Shown here: positions 1-11,391 of the stretch, piece by piece
Position numbering within the stretch: position 1 is the first letter of the stretch
How the letters are laid out: every line of letters begins with the position of its first letter
NCBI GenBank assembly: GCA_054661495.1
Contig: BAAFSQ010000002.1
Span: 60,001-92,000 of the forward strand
DNA from: Zygophlyctis sp. KS116
Lineage: Eukaryota > Fungi > Chytridiomycota
Reading direction: 5' to 3'
Length of the DNA stretch: 32,000 nucleotides
The notes under the pieces: model-generated
Seen by the model: only the letters and a program-made list of their open reading frames with translations
What the model was told of the DNA's origin: nothing
Databases searched by the model: none
Program-made: the position numbers and the translations under genes

Positions 1-442
1 AAAATGCAGACTCTAATGGTCTTAGATGAGCATCCCAATATCCGATTGTTGAATCGTGACTCAAAGAGACTTTATTGTTATCTCTCTTTACCATTATATC
101 ATCCTTTAAAGATTTGGACCTTGATTTGGTTACTAATTCAGCCAAACGAGTCACTTTTCCTGGTAAATCCAGTATATTATCAACATTTCCTGCATCATCA
201 TGATCCAAATTTGTCGTAAGCAAAATCGATCCTTCCGTTTACAATTTATTCAAATTACCTGTTCTATTAATCAGAAACCGTCAGCGAGAATAAATTAATT
301 TAAAGTACATTGTACCTTATTCATACCCGTTTACTACCTCTTGCCATTTAAATATAATTTCAGACCTTGCATTCTCATGCTCGACTATAATCCTAAATTT
401 CAACCTTTCTATCCCATCAATAGTTTTGTATAATCTAGACAT
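1..442 (-). CDS. MKS1-like ciliary transition-zone protein, 5' part (runs off the left edge)
   Basis: ATG at 442. MSRLYKTIDGIERLKFRIIVEHENARSEIIFKWQE resembles the MKS1 N-terminus as I recall it (Y..D....L.LRV....EIVIGWQE). Introns 264-326 and 232-258 flank a 5-nt microexon (259-263) and restore an open frame (GSILLTTNLDHDD...RPLESAF) to base 1. Not in the ORF track. Confidence 0.5.
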
Positions 443-773
443 TTTAAGTGACTTGAAACACGGTCTTGGACGCGCGGCCGCTCCTGATCTCTTTCAGTCT
501 CTGATCGAATCGGTCTTTTTTGTGCTCGTGCGCTCAGCTCCACTTGAAAGCATTGTTTAAGAATTCTCATCTCCTAGTAATCATCTCCTACATCTGATCT
601 ATCGATTGGGTATATATTATAAAATTTTCAAATTCTGGTTTATCAAGAGTAATTAGCTATTTACTTATTTACAGTTTGCTATTAAAGTCGAATTGTTTGG
701 GATGAATTTAAAGATAAATTTTTAAAATTTAACGGCGGGAGAGACTAGAAAATAAGTGCAATAATTTCTTATA
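443..773. promoter_or_regulatory. Divergent promoter region between the MKS1-like gene and the K+/H+ antiporter
   Basis: Lies between head-to-head ATGs at 442 (-) and 774 (+). Contains GGACGCGCGG (468-477) and GGCGGGA (734-740). Confidence 0.55.
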
Positions 774-2662
774 ATGTCAATGCGATCACTTTTAACTGGA
801 ATCGTTGTGGGGATATGTTTCTCTTTTATCGTTGGGATTTTTATTCTTCCATCTGCTCAATGGCAGGGCATACCGATAATAATTCCTCAAAATATTGGGA
901 ATGATCATCCTCAATTGGCCCCTTTTCTGACTAAAGACGGGACCAAATTTATTCAGAGTCTAAAGAAACTAAAGCTACAGAATCCAAATAAAACTCTAGA
1001 GATTGATCAGAATATTGCAAATGCTAATTTATTCTTCAATAGTGTTAAAAAGTCTGTGTCACTTTTCAATTCGCTTGATCCGTCAGAGCCAAATATGACT
1101 GGGATCATTGATAACTTTCAGAAAATGATTGTTGAAATGAAATCTAATTCAAACAAGATTGCGGATCTGAAAAAGTTGGGAAGTTCAAAGAATCAAACCA
1201 TATCAAATAGTTTTGTTGGTAAAGTTATAAATGATATTTCAAATTCTGCTGATGATCTTGAAAGTAGTATGAATGGGCAAGCATTTGAAAAGGCTGTCAA
1301 TGAAACATTGGAAGTTAAAACAGTTATCACAGTAGATAGAAAATCTAAAAATGGGAATAGTATCATGCATCTCGTGGACTCGGAAGAAAATGAATACACT
1401 CTAACAAAAGCGGCTGATATAACTGCACACTACAATGATGACGGACTACTGAATGATTTTCTAATTATTCTCTTGTTAACTCTAATGGGATCATATGCTT
1501 TAGGTGCTATAGGTCTTCCTGCTTTCTTGGGGCAGTTATTTATAGGTGCAATGTTGGGCTCAAATAGTTTGATAGAATCGATTATTCCTTTAGATACAAT
1601 TGCAAGAGGTTTTGGTACAATGTTTATAATGTTTTCATTGTAAGTTTTGTCAAATTAATGAAAAGAGGACTAGAATTCAATCTTGATAAAATTAAAAAAG
1701 TCTGGATTGTAAGTGTCAGTACTGCTTTATTGATTTTTATCATCTCTATTCTTTGTTGTATAATTACAGGATATTTTTTTCATGCTGCATTGAAAGAATC
1801 TATCCTGGTAGGATGCTGTATATCTCTAAGCTCTACTCTTGTTGCATTAAATCTTGTAAAAGATTGTGAGATGGATAGACCTTATGCCCGTTACATGTTG
1901 GGAATTTTAGTGATTCAAGATCTTTTGCTTGGTTTTATTCTTGGTATGATTCCTGTTCTTTCATCATCATCAAGCGAAGCACCTTTGGCAACTTTAAGAA
2001 TTATAGGATCTCTTATAATTTTTGTGATTCTCACTCTTATACTTTATAAGTTATTGATTAGAAACTTATTGAATTTAACCTCTAAAAATTCTCATGAATC
2101 ATATCTTTGCGTATCTCTTGGATTTTGTATTTCAGCTCTCTTATTAGCAGAATATTTGGACATTTCAGGTGAATTTGCTTGTTTTATTGCTGGAGTTGTG
2201 ATTGCATCTGATGAATCTCATAGTGAAAGAACTTTAAGTCTGATTGAACCTCTGAAAATCTTCTTTTCTTCCCTATTTTTTGCTAGCATTGGACTATTTA
2301 TCTATCCAACATTTTTAATGCACCACTTAGTGGTATTAGGATTATTTGCATTTATTGTTGTATTTCTCAAAGTCGTTGTAGGTTACCTTTTACTTCAATG
2401 CTTCAAAGTAAAGAATCTTAAAACTCTTAAGATATCAATCGGATTATCTCAAATTTCTGAATTCAGTCTGATTCTTTCTTCACGAGCAAAAAATGCAAAT
2501 ATTATTGGACGGGAAACATATTATGCTCTTCTTGGTATCACTATACTAACTCTATTAACTACTCCTATTCTATGGTTTATTGCTAACAAAATGGAGTCTG
2601 TAGCCCCTCTATCAGATGAAAACGATCAGGACTATGAATCACTGGAAAATAAGCAGAGTTAA
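774..2662 (+). CDS. CPA2-family K+(Na+)/H+ antiporter (TMCO3 / plant KEA4-6 / KefB-like)
   Basis: Two ORFs joined by a 26-nt intron (1640-1665), giving MFSLGLEF. Motifs SLSST, GILVIQDL, FFASIG and LSQISEFS, with many transmembrane segments. Confidence 0.9.
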
Positions 2663-2750
2663 ATGATGATTCATCGTAAAAGGTACTTTTGTCTCTCTAT
2701 GATAATTCATTGTAAACGGTACTTTTGTCCTTTTATGATGATCTCATCGG
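2663..2750. repeat. Degenerate 36-nt tandem repeat, about 2.4 copies
   Basis: Units at 2663-2698, 2699-2734 and partial 2735-2750, consensus ATGATrATTCATyGTAAAmGGTACTTTTGTC. Confidence 0.85.
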
Positions 2751-2829
2751 ACTAGCTATGAATCGTCACGTCTGAGAATGGGACATACTAAAGGTCTGTC
2801 CCACTTTCCTTGTTAAAATAAAAATAATA

Positions 2830-3476
2830 ATGATCTTCCTATCATCATTGCTCCTTCTATTATCTTCAATCATTTCAAATGTTTCTGCTTCTAATCCGCC
2901 AGAGTACCAAATGATCTTTAGTTACGCCATTGCCAATGGGCCAAAGCCAATCAGTTTAACTTATAAATTTGGGCAATTCAGATCTATTGTTTCTAATGTG
3001 TCATCCTCCAATCGTGAAAATGCTGTCTTATTAAATTACAACAAAAACATTGGTTCTGCTACACCTCCTGGGCATAATCAATCAATCGGTTTTATTACCG
3101 TAGTAACTTTACAAATAAAGGAAACATGTGGCAAATGGAGTCCTCATCAGTATTACAATGCTTTTTGCGACAATCAGGTGCATGAGATATATGTAAAAGA
3201 AAGTCTGGCCTCTATTTAAAGTTTGGCTATGCATGCGGACCTCTCCCAACTGTGCTTCTGCCTGCAACGACAACAACCTCTAGAACCACTACTACAGTGA
3301 GACCAACAAGTACTACAACTCAAGCTATAGTATGACTGGGGGAGCAGTGCAATCAATTTTGGGGCCCTGTTTCTAAATGTGAAATTGGACTTATTTGTGT
3401 TAAACCTCCCAATCCACCAGGTATTGTCATGGATGGCCCGGGGTATTGTCAACATCCAAGTTCTACCGCTACATAA
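2830..3476 (+). CDS. Small secreted protein: signal peptide, Thr-rich linker and 4-Cys C-terminal module; in-frame TGA at 3333-3335 (readthrough, truncation or pseudogene)
   Basis: Signal peptide MIFLSSLLLLLSSIISNVSA. A putative 26-nt intron (3178-3203) continues the frame SGLYLKFGYACG...TTTTSRTTTT...QAIV*LGEQCNQFWGPVSKCEIGLICVKPP...GPGYCQHPSSTAT to TAA at 3474-3476. Confidence 0.55.
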
Positions 3477-3601
3477 CTTTCGGCTGTTACTCCATCTTGG
3501 TATCTCTAATACTATGAAGATTAAAACAGATTCAGTAAAAATAAACTCTATAATTTGCGCCTTTCAAAATATTTGAGATTATTATTAGTATTCGATAACA
3601 A

Positions 3602-3641
3602 TGCATTGAGATTGGCCGTGCATTGAGATTGGCCGTGCATT
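3602..3641. repeat. Perfect 17-nt tandem duplication carrying inverted CCAAT boxes in the clathrin promoter
   Basis: TGCATTGAGATTGGCCG x2 plus TGCATT. Each unit contains ATTGG. Lies 50-90 nt upstream of ATG 3692. Confidence 0.85.
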
Positions 3642-3691
3642 TAGCAATCAGCCGGTTACTGGGAGCCACGACGCGCGTTTAAAAGTGAAAA

Positions 3692-6600
3692 ATGACTGAA
3701 TCGCTTCCAATAAAGTTTCAGGAGCATGTCCAACTGCAGTCTTTGGGAATATCTTCAGCGGCGATTGGCTTTAATACGCTAACCATGGAGTCTGATAAGT
3801 TTATCTGTATCCGGGAAAAAGTTAACGAACAAAATCAAGTTGTGATTTGCGATTTAAGTGACTTGAATAATCTAACCAGACGGCCTATAACTGCAGACTC
3901 TGCGATTATGCACCCAAAAGAAAAGGTTATTGCTTTAAAAGGTAAAACTGGAATTTCATTGCCAAATTGATGCGAAGCATCAGGTTCATCAGTTTCGCTT
4001 ATTTAATTCTAATCTTTTAGCTGGAAAACAACTCCAGATTTTTAATATAGAACAAAAGGCCAAGATTAAATCGCATATGATGACAGATGATGTTGTATTT
4101 TGGAAGTGGGTGACTGATTCAATTCTAGGACTTGTGACTGAAAGTTCTGTGTATCATTGGTCAATATCAGGAGATTCAGCTCCTGTTAAAATGTTTGAAA
4201 GGCATGCGAGTTTAGTTGGAAGTCAGATTATAAATTACCGTATTAATGGAGATGAAAAATGGTTTTTGCTGATTGGAATTTCAGCTCAAGTAATATAATT
4301 TTTATTCATGATTTAGCAAGGTCGCGTAGTAGGAAATATGCAGTTATATTCTAAAGAAAGATCAGTATCCCAGCCAATTGAAGGTCATGCAGGGTGTTTT
4401 GCAAAACTAAAATTGGATCCTGCAGCTCCACAGGCTAATAGACTGTTTACTTTTTCTGTCAGGACTGCTACAGGTGCAAAGGTGACTTGAAATGTTTTTA
4501 TTCGTAGCTTCATATTGTTGAGATAGATCATAAAGATGGTACTCCAACTTTTGCAAAAAAAGCAGTTGATGTGTTTTTCCCGCCAGAGGCAGTGAATGAT
4601 TTTCCAGTAGCAATGCAAGTTTCTAGCAAATATGATATTATTTTTCTAGTTACGAAATTCGGATTTATTCATTTATATGATTTAGAAACTGGAACTTGTA
4701 TTTACATGAATCGAATTTCTGGTGATACCATTTTTGTTACTGCTGAATTGGAGGCTACTTCAGGAATTATTGGAGTTAACAGGAAGGGACAGGTATTATC
4801 TGTTAGTATAGATCCTGAAACAATTATTGGTTACATTACAGGAACTTTAAGGAATACAGAGCTTGCTTATAGACTTGCTACCCGAAATAATCTTCCTGGT
4901 GCTGACGGTCTTGTGGTAGAACGGTTCAATCAGTGTTTACAGGTGGGCAACTTTACAGAAGCGGCGAAAATAGCGGCTACTTCTCCACAGGTACTGTTAT
5001 TCTAGTTAATATTAGGGCATTCTTCGTACTCCTGCTACAATTGAACGTTTGAAGCAAGTCACGGTCACTCCTGGCCAAATGTCTCCAATCTTGCAATATT
5101 TTGGAATCTTATTAGAAAAGGGTGAATTAAATGCCTTTGAATCTTTGGAGTTAGTTAAACCAGTATTACAACAGGGCAGAAAGCAGTTGCTCGAGAAATG
5201 GCTCAAGGAAGACAAGGTAGGATATTTTCTTTAATTTTAGCTTGATTGCTCTGAAGAGCTAGGCGACATTGTAAAGCAGCATGATGCAACTTTGGCTTTA
5301 TCTGTTTACTTAAGAGCCAATGTTCCTGCCAAGGTAATTTATGCAGATTGTTAAATTTAGGTGGTGACATGTTTTTCCGAAACACGACAATATAATAAGA
5401 TTATTTTATATGCACAAAAAGTTGGGTATACTCCAGATTATAATTATCTTTTACAATATATTTTGCGAATGGATCAAGAAAAGGGCGGGGAATTTGCTTC
5501 GCTGCTTTTAAATAATGAAGGTGGTCCGCTCCTCCCACTAGAAAACATAGTGGATGTATTTGCATCATTAAATATGGTTCAACAAGCTACGTCTTTTCTA
5601 TTGGATGCTCTTAAAGATAATAAGCCTGAGCATGCGGCACTGCAAACCAGACTTTTGGAGATGAACTTAATGCATGCTCCTCAGGTTGCTGATGCCATTT
5701 TGGGAAATGAAATCATATCCCATTATGACCGGCCTTATATAGCGTCACTCTGTGAAAAGGCTGGCCTATATCAACGGGCTTTAGAGCATTATACAGATAT
5801 TCTAGATATTAAGCGTGTCATTGTCCACACCCATTTATTAAACGTTGAATGGGTGATCGGATACTTTAGTCGTTTATCTGTTGAACAATCCCTAGAGTGT
5901 CTACAGGAAATGTTGAAGGGGAATATTCGGCAGAATTTGCAGATTGTTGTTCAAATTTCATCCAAATATGCAGATTTACTGGGGCCTTCAAAGTTGATTG
6001 CCATGTTTGAGTCTTTCAAAACATTTGAGGGATTATATTATTTCCTTGGATCGATAGTAAATGTAAGTCAAGATGCGGAGGTTCATTTTAAATACATACA
6101 ATCTGCCTGTAGAACTGGTCAAATGAAAGAAGTTGAAAGAATCTGTCGTGAAAGTAATGCATATGAGCCCGAGAAGGTGAAGAATTTTTTAAAGGAGGCA
6201 AAACTGACTGATCAGCTTCCACTTATAATTGTATGTGACCGGTTCAATTTTGTTCACGATCTTGTTCTACACTTATACCAGAATAATCTCTACAAGTATA
6301 TTGAAATCTATGTCCAGAAAGTAAACTCAGCTCGAACTCCTGAAGTTTTGGGTGGATTGCTTGATGTTGATTGTGAAGAAAATATTGTTCGAAATTTATT
6401 ATTATCTGTAAAAGGTGCTATTCCTATCGAAAAGCTGGTCGAAGAGGTTGAAAAGAGAAATCGTTTGAAGTTGATTCTTCCTTATCTTGAATTAAAAATT
6501 AAAGAGGGAACTCAAGATCCTGGTCTCTATAATGCTCTTGCTAAAATATACATTGATACAAACACGAATGCAGAGCACTTTTTGAGAGAAAATCACTTGT

Positions 6601-9175
6601 ACAATGCATTGGAAATCGGAAAATACTGTGAAAAACGAGATCCATATCTCGCTTACATCGCCTATGAAAGGGGGCAGATTGATCAAGAACTGGTCAGAAT
6701 AACAAATGAAAACTCAATGTTTAAACATCAAGCGAGATATTTGGTAAAGAGAAGGAACGTCGAATTGTGGGAAAGTGTGTTAAAGGACGAGAATGTTTAC
6801 CGCCGTCAGTTGATTGATCAAGTTACTGGAACAGCTTTGCCAGAAACACAAGACCCTGAAGATGTGTCTGTAACTGTTAAAGCATTCATGGCAGCTGATT
6901 TGCCAAATGAATTAATAGAACTTTTGGAGAAGCTGGTCTTGGATGGCTCAGCATTTAGTGACAATCGCAATTTACAGAACTTATTAATTTTGACTGCTGT
7001 CAAGGCTGATAAATCTCGTGTGATGGACTATGTGACTAGACTTGATAATTACGATGCTCCCGATATCGCCAACATTGCAGTGGGCAGTGAACTTTATGAA
7101 GAGGCATTTGCGATATACAAAAAATATGATCAACATGTGAACGCTGTAGTAGTGCTTATTTCCAATTTAGATAATTTACACCGGGCGGAAGAATATGCTG
7201 AACGTATTGAACTTCCTGAGGTTTACAGCAAGGTAGCCAAAGCGCAACTGGATAAATCATTCGTGAAAGAAGCCATTGGTAATTTTAACTTCATATTTAA
7301 ACATATGTAGAGTCGTATGTAAAAGCAAATGACCCATCAAACTTTGCTGAAGTTATTCAAGTGGCAAGCAGAGCTGGAAAGTTTGAAGAACTAGTTTCAT
7401 TTCTTAAGTTTGCTCGTAAAAATACAAGGGAGGCTCAAATTGAAAGCGAGTTACTTTTTGCATTTGCAAAAACTGGTCGACTGGCCGATTTGGAAGATTT
7501 TATTGCTTCACCAAATATAGCTCAGGTTGGTGAAATTAGATTAATTTTCTAGATTGGTGCCGTAGGGGATCGCTGTTTTGAGGAAAAAATGTTCGAGGCG
7601 GCAAAGATTCTATTCACTAGTGTATCAAATTGGGGTCGCCTAGCATCTACATTAGTATATTTGCATGAATATCAGCCTGCAGTTGACTGTGCGCGAAAGG
7701 CCAATTCCACAAAGTAATTAATACTAAGTAAATGTATAGAGTTTGGAAAGAAGTTAATGCCGCTTGTGTTGACAATGAAGAGTTCAAACTTGCACAGATT
7801 TGTGGGCTTCATCTGGTTGTCCATGCAGAAGAATTAGATGTATGAATTTTTAAGATTGATAATAAGCAACTAATTAAATTGTATGAGAATGGTGGATACT
7901 TTGAAGAGCTGGTTCAGTTGGTTGAAGCAGGCCTTGGTCTTGAACGCGCACATATGGGGATGTTTACCGAATTAGCTATTTTATATTCTAAACACCAGGC
8001 TGATAGGATGATGGACCACTTGAAGGTTTATTGGCAAAGGATCAATATTCCTAAAGTAATAAGAGCCGCTGAAGCTGCTCATTTATGGCCAGAGCTTGTT
8101 TTCCTTTATACTCATTATGAAGAATACGATAATGCAGCACTAACAATTATGGAGCATTCTGCAGATGCTTGGGATCACTCTACGTTCAAAGAAGTTTTGG
8201 TTAAAGTCACCAACTTGGAAATATACTATCGGGTAGGTTTTCGGATGTAAATAATTATAGTCTGTCCGTTTTTATCTTGAAGAGCAACCTCTTCTCATTA
8301 ATGACTTGTTAACGGCTTTAAGCGCTAAAATTGATCATACAAGAGTCGTTCAAATGTTTCAAAAGACCAATAATCTGCCTTTAATCAAACCTTATCTAAT
8401 AGCTGTACAAAAGGTGAATAATCCTGCCGTAAATATGGCATATAATGAGCTTCTTATCGAAGAAGAAGATTTTAAATCTTTAAGAGACTCTATAGAGCAC
8501 TTTGGGCAGTTTGATTCGATCGCTTTGGCCCAGCGCCTTGAAAAGCACGAGCTATTAGAATTTAGAAGAATCGCTGCTATTTTATACAAAAAGAATCGCC
8601 GATGGAAGCAATCTATTGCATTGTCAAAGAAGGATAAACTTTTTAAAGATGCCATGGAAACCGCTACCGAATCAAAGGATGCAGAAATGGCCGAAGAATT
8701 ATTATCTTACTTTATTGAAATTGGTAGAAAAGATTGCTTTGCTGCTGCTCTTTACGTTAGTTACGACATGATTCGACCTGACGTTGTTATGGAGCTTGCA
8801 TGGAGAAATAATCTACAAACTTATGCTACTCCTTATTTGGTTCAAGTAATTCGTGAATACGTTACAAAGGTAATATTAATTATTAACAAAAAGATTGATA
8901 ATGTTGAATCTATATTAGCTGAACGATTAGCAAAGGATGAAGAAAAGGAAAAGCAAGAGACTATTTTAGGACCTGGAGCTGGAATGCCTCTAATGATCAC
9001 CAATGGTCCACAGGTCCCTCAGTACACAGGAATGCCCCCGCAACAAACAGGACCTGTGATGCAGGGACTTCCCCAGCAATTCAACGGGATGCAGATCGGA
9101 GGCTATAATGCACAATACCCACAACAAGGTAATTACGCTGGAATGAATGGATTTCCGCCGCAGAATTTTCAATAA
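3692..9175 (+). CDS. CHC1: Clathrin heavy chain
   Basis: [55 protein letters not shown]. Twelve introns: 3942-4020, 4290-4316, 4482-4507, 4991-5015, 5217-5240, 5334-5360, 7279-7310, 7526-7552, 7714-7739, 7840-7866, 8233-8260, 8870-8893. Confidence 0.99.
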
Positions 9176-9210
9176 GTTTTAATAAAATTTCAAGTCCAGC
9201 GTCCTTATTC

Positions 9211-10290
9211 ATGAGTGAAAAAAAGGAGTCTATCAGATCGGCATTGGAATCCAAGAACAAGGAAGAATTAGTGGAACTAGGAATAACTTCAGGCGGATTT
9301 ATAAATGATAAACTGCGACGGGTAGTTTGGCCTGAGCTGACGCATGCGCATGCATTCGCTAGCAAAATTCGTAAAGGAAGTACATCGATTCGGCTGACAC
9401 AGGAGGATCGTCATCAAGTGATTGTTGATGTAGAACGAGCTCAGTTCTTTTCTCAAGTGAATGCCGGGTCACTGAAAAGTTATCGGATCGCTCTAAGTAA
9501 TGTCATCTTTCATGTTTTGGAAAAGTATCATGGGTAATTTATAAATGCTAATGCAAGTCTACATTATTTTCAAGGATTTCATGAAGTATGTAGTGTTTTA
9601 CTTTTGATTCTGGGCGAAAAGGCGGCAAAACCAGTTGCAGAGTCTGTAGCCTTATTTTGGCTCAGAGATTCAATGTTTTCTTCTATAGATCCTACTTTAA
9701 ATCAGTTAAATATACTGATGCCGTTGTTAATGGAAGTGGATAAAGATTTAGCGAGATTTCTTGGTTCTATTAAAGGTCTTGAATCACATTTTTGTATTTC
9801 TCAAGTGCTTACATGGCTTAGTCATAATGTAGATGCATGGATAGTAATTACACGGTTTTTTGATTTCTTTCTGGTTACTAATCCTCTAATGCCAATTTAT
9901 ATTGTAGTTGCTACTCTAATAATCCGAAAAGAAGAAATATTGCAAATGGACAAGAGTGATTTCTCAGTGGTGCATTGGAATCTTAGTAAATTTGGGGCTT
10001 GCAAGTCTGATATGGAAGATTATATCCAAATTGCAATAAAGATTTATAGACAAATTCCTCCAAAAATGATTCAAAGGCTTTCAGGAATTTATTTGGGTGA
10101 TTTCTCAGTTGTTAATACATTTGATGATATCAAATCAATCCCTCTAGGTCAAGACTTTAACTCTGATTTGGGAAAAAAGAGAATTGTGGAATTTTCAAAG
10201 CCGCCTACAAATAGTCTAATATTCAATTATCTACTACTCGGTACATTTATTTTGATATTTGCCATTGGTTGGAAACGTGTCGAATTATAG
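9211..10290 (+). CDS. TBC-domain Rab GTPase-activating protein (TBC1D20/Gyp8-like), C-terminal membrane anchor
   Basis: LRRVVWP, QVIVDVERA (Arg finger) and HYFQGFHE (Gln finger), the last across a 24-nt intron (9534-9557). Hydrophobic C-terminal tail. Confidence 0.9.
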
Positions 10291-10296
10291 AATTTT

Positions 10297-11377
10297 CTAA
10301 TCCATGTCATCATCTGATAAAATTTCTGCACTATTAGCACCCTTTTCAAAATCAGGAAGTGTGTCTTCCACAGTAAATATTGGAGTTTTACCAGATATCA
10401 AGCCTTGAATTGAATTAATAAATAAATTAATATCTTTTACAGACTTTATAAGAAATCCAATCAAGAGTGACGGATCGACCGATGAAATTGAAAGAGTTTT
10501 AAAACTTGTTGTATGATACGATTGTAATTCTTGCATTGTATAAGAGTCTTTAAGCTGTATTGTTTCCCTTGTTACATGAGGATCTAAATATACAAGACTA
10601 TTTTCTTGATATCCTATAAAATACAATGCAGAATTTGGTCGTCCCCTATAATTTGTTAAATCTAAAACTTAGAATACCCGGCAATCCCAACACAGTACTC
10701 CACATCAAAGCATTTCTATACTTTTTAAAGAATTAGATTTACCAGTAGAGATGAATAATATACAGGATTAAGTCTTTCAACTCCAAGTCGCAATGGTATT
10801 AAACATAGACATGCTTGAGCATCATTCTCTTTAAATGATTCCAATAAAGAGTCCTTGTATATGACACCATTTTCTGCAGTATAAATACATAGATTCGATT
10901 TATAATCCTTTATGAGCATATTGAGCACATTTGCAATTGTTTGCGGACCAAACCATGATCCAATTTCTTTACCAAACTGTTGCCCAGCCAATGCGATTCT
11001 ATGTAAAGAGAATGGGCAAGTAAATGAATCCTACAATCTTTAGTTTGATCATTTACAAGAAATAACTTTAACGTTTCGTAATATGCCGCCGATTCAGAAA
11101 TCCTCCACTCCCTTCCTTCTGCATACAACATCATTGTATTTGATAACATCATTTGCCCACATCTCAACATACATCCAAATCCAGCGTCGCTAGTAAACGA
11201 TCCGAGAGCGGGGAACGAATGGCGGTATGTACACCAAATCTTTGAATACAAGTCATAATAAAACTCATCAGTTGGACTTGCATACTTGACCGATAAAAGA
11301 GTCACTGATGCTTTACTTGAACTCTCTCGTTCAAAGCTACGAAACACTTGTTTAATCATTTCATAAAATTCATTCAT
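10297..11377 (-). CDS. ATG4: Autophagy cysteine protease Atg4
   Basis: IWCTYR, SDAGFGCMLRCGQMML (catalytic Cys), WFGP, GIAGGRPNSALYFIG, YLDPH, DPSLLIGF. Introns 11031-11056, 10716-10742, 10646-10677. Confidence 0.95.
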
Positions 11378-11391
11378 TCTTTCCCTCAAGA

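Noticed and set aside
4-219. Plus-strand 71-aa ORF and other short antisense ORFs in the track
   Set aside because: They overlap better-supported genes on the opposite strand or frame and have no recognisable motifs.
569-581. RFX X-box-like ATCTCCTAGTAAT upstream of the MKS1-like gene
   Set aside because: Mismatched at both conserved terminal positions. Too weak to call.
3333-3335. Alternative genetic code or selenocysteine at the in-frame TGA
   Set aside because: TGA is a genuine terminator for SET1, HCCS and MED8 in this window, Trp is encoded by TGG, and no SECIS-like element or redox motif is evident.
3330-3347. 18-nt GT-AG intron that would remove the TGA
   Set aside because: Shorter than every other intron (24 nt minimum), G-rich, ends in CAG, and would delete the LGEQ residues that precede the first Cys.
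2663-3641. CRISPR-like arrays
   Set aside because: The repeats are directly tandem with no unique spacers, there are no cas genes, and the context is eukaryotic.
11378-11391. Shine-Dalgarno-like GAGGG upstream of the ATG4 start
   Set aside because: Single occurrence in a eukaryotic, intron-containing locus and not seen at other junctions. Likely chance.
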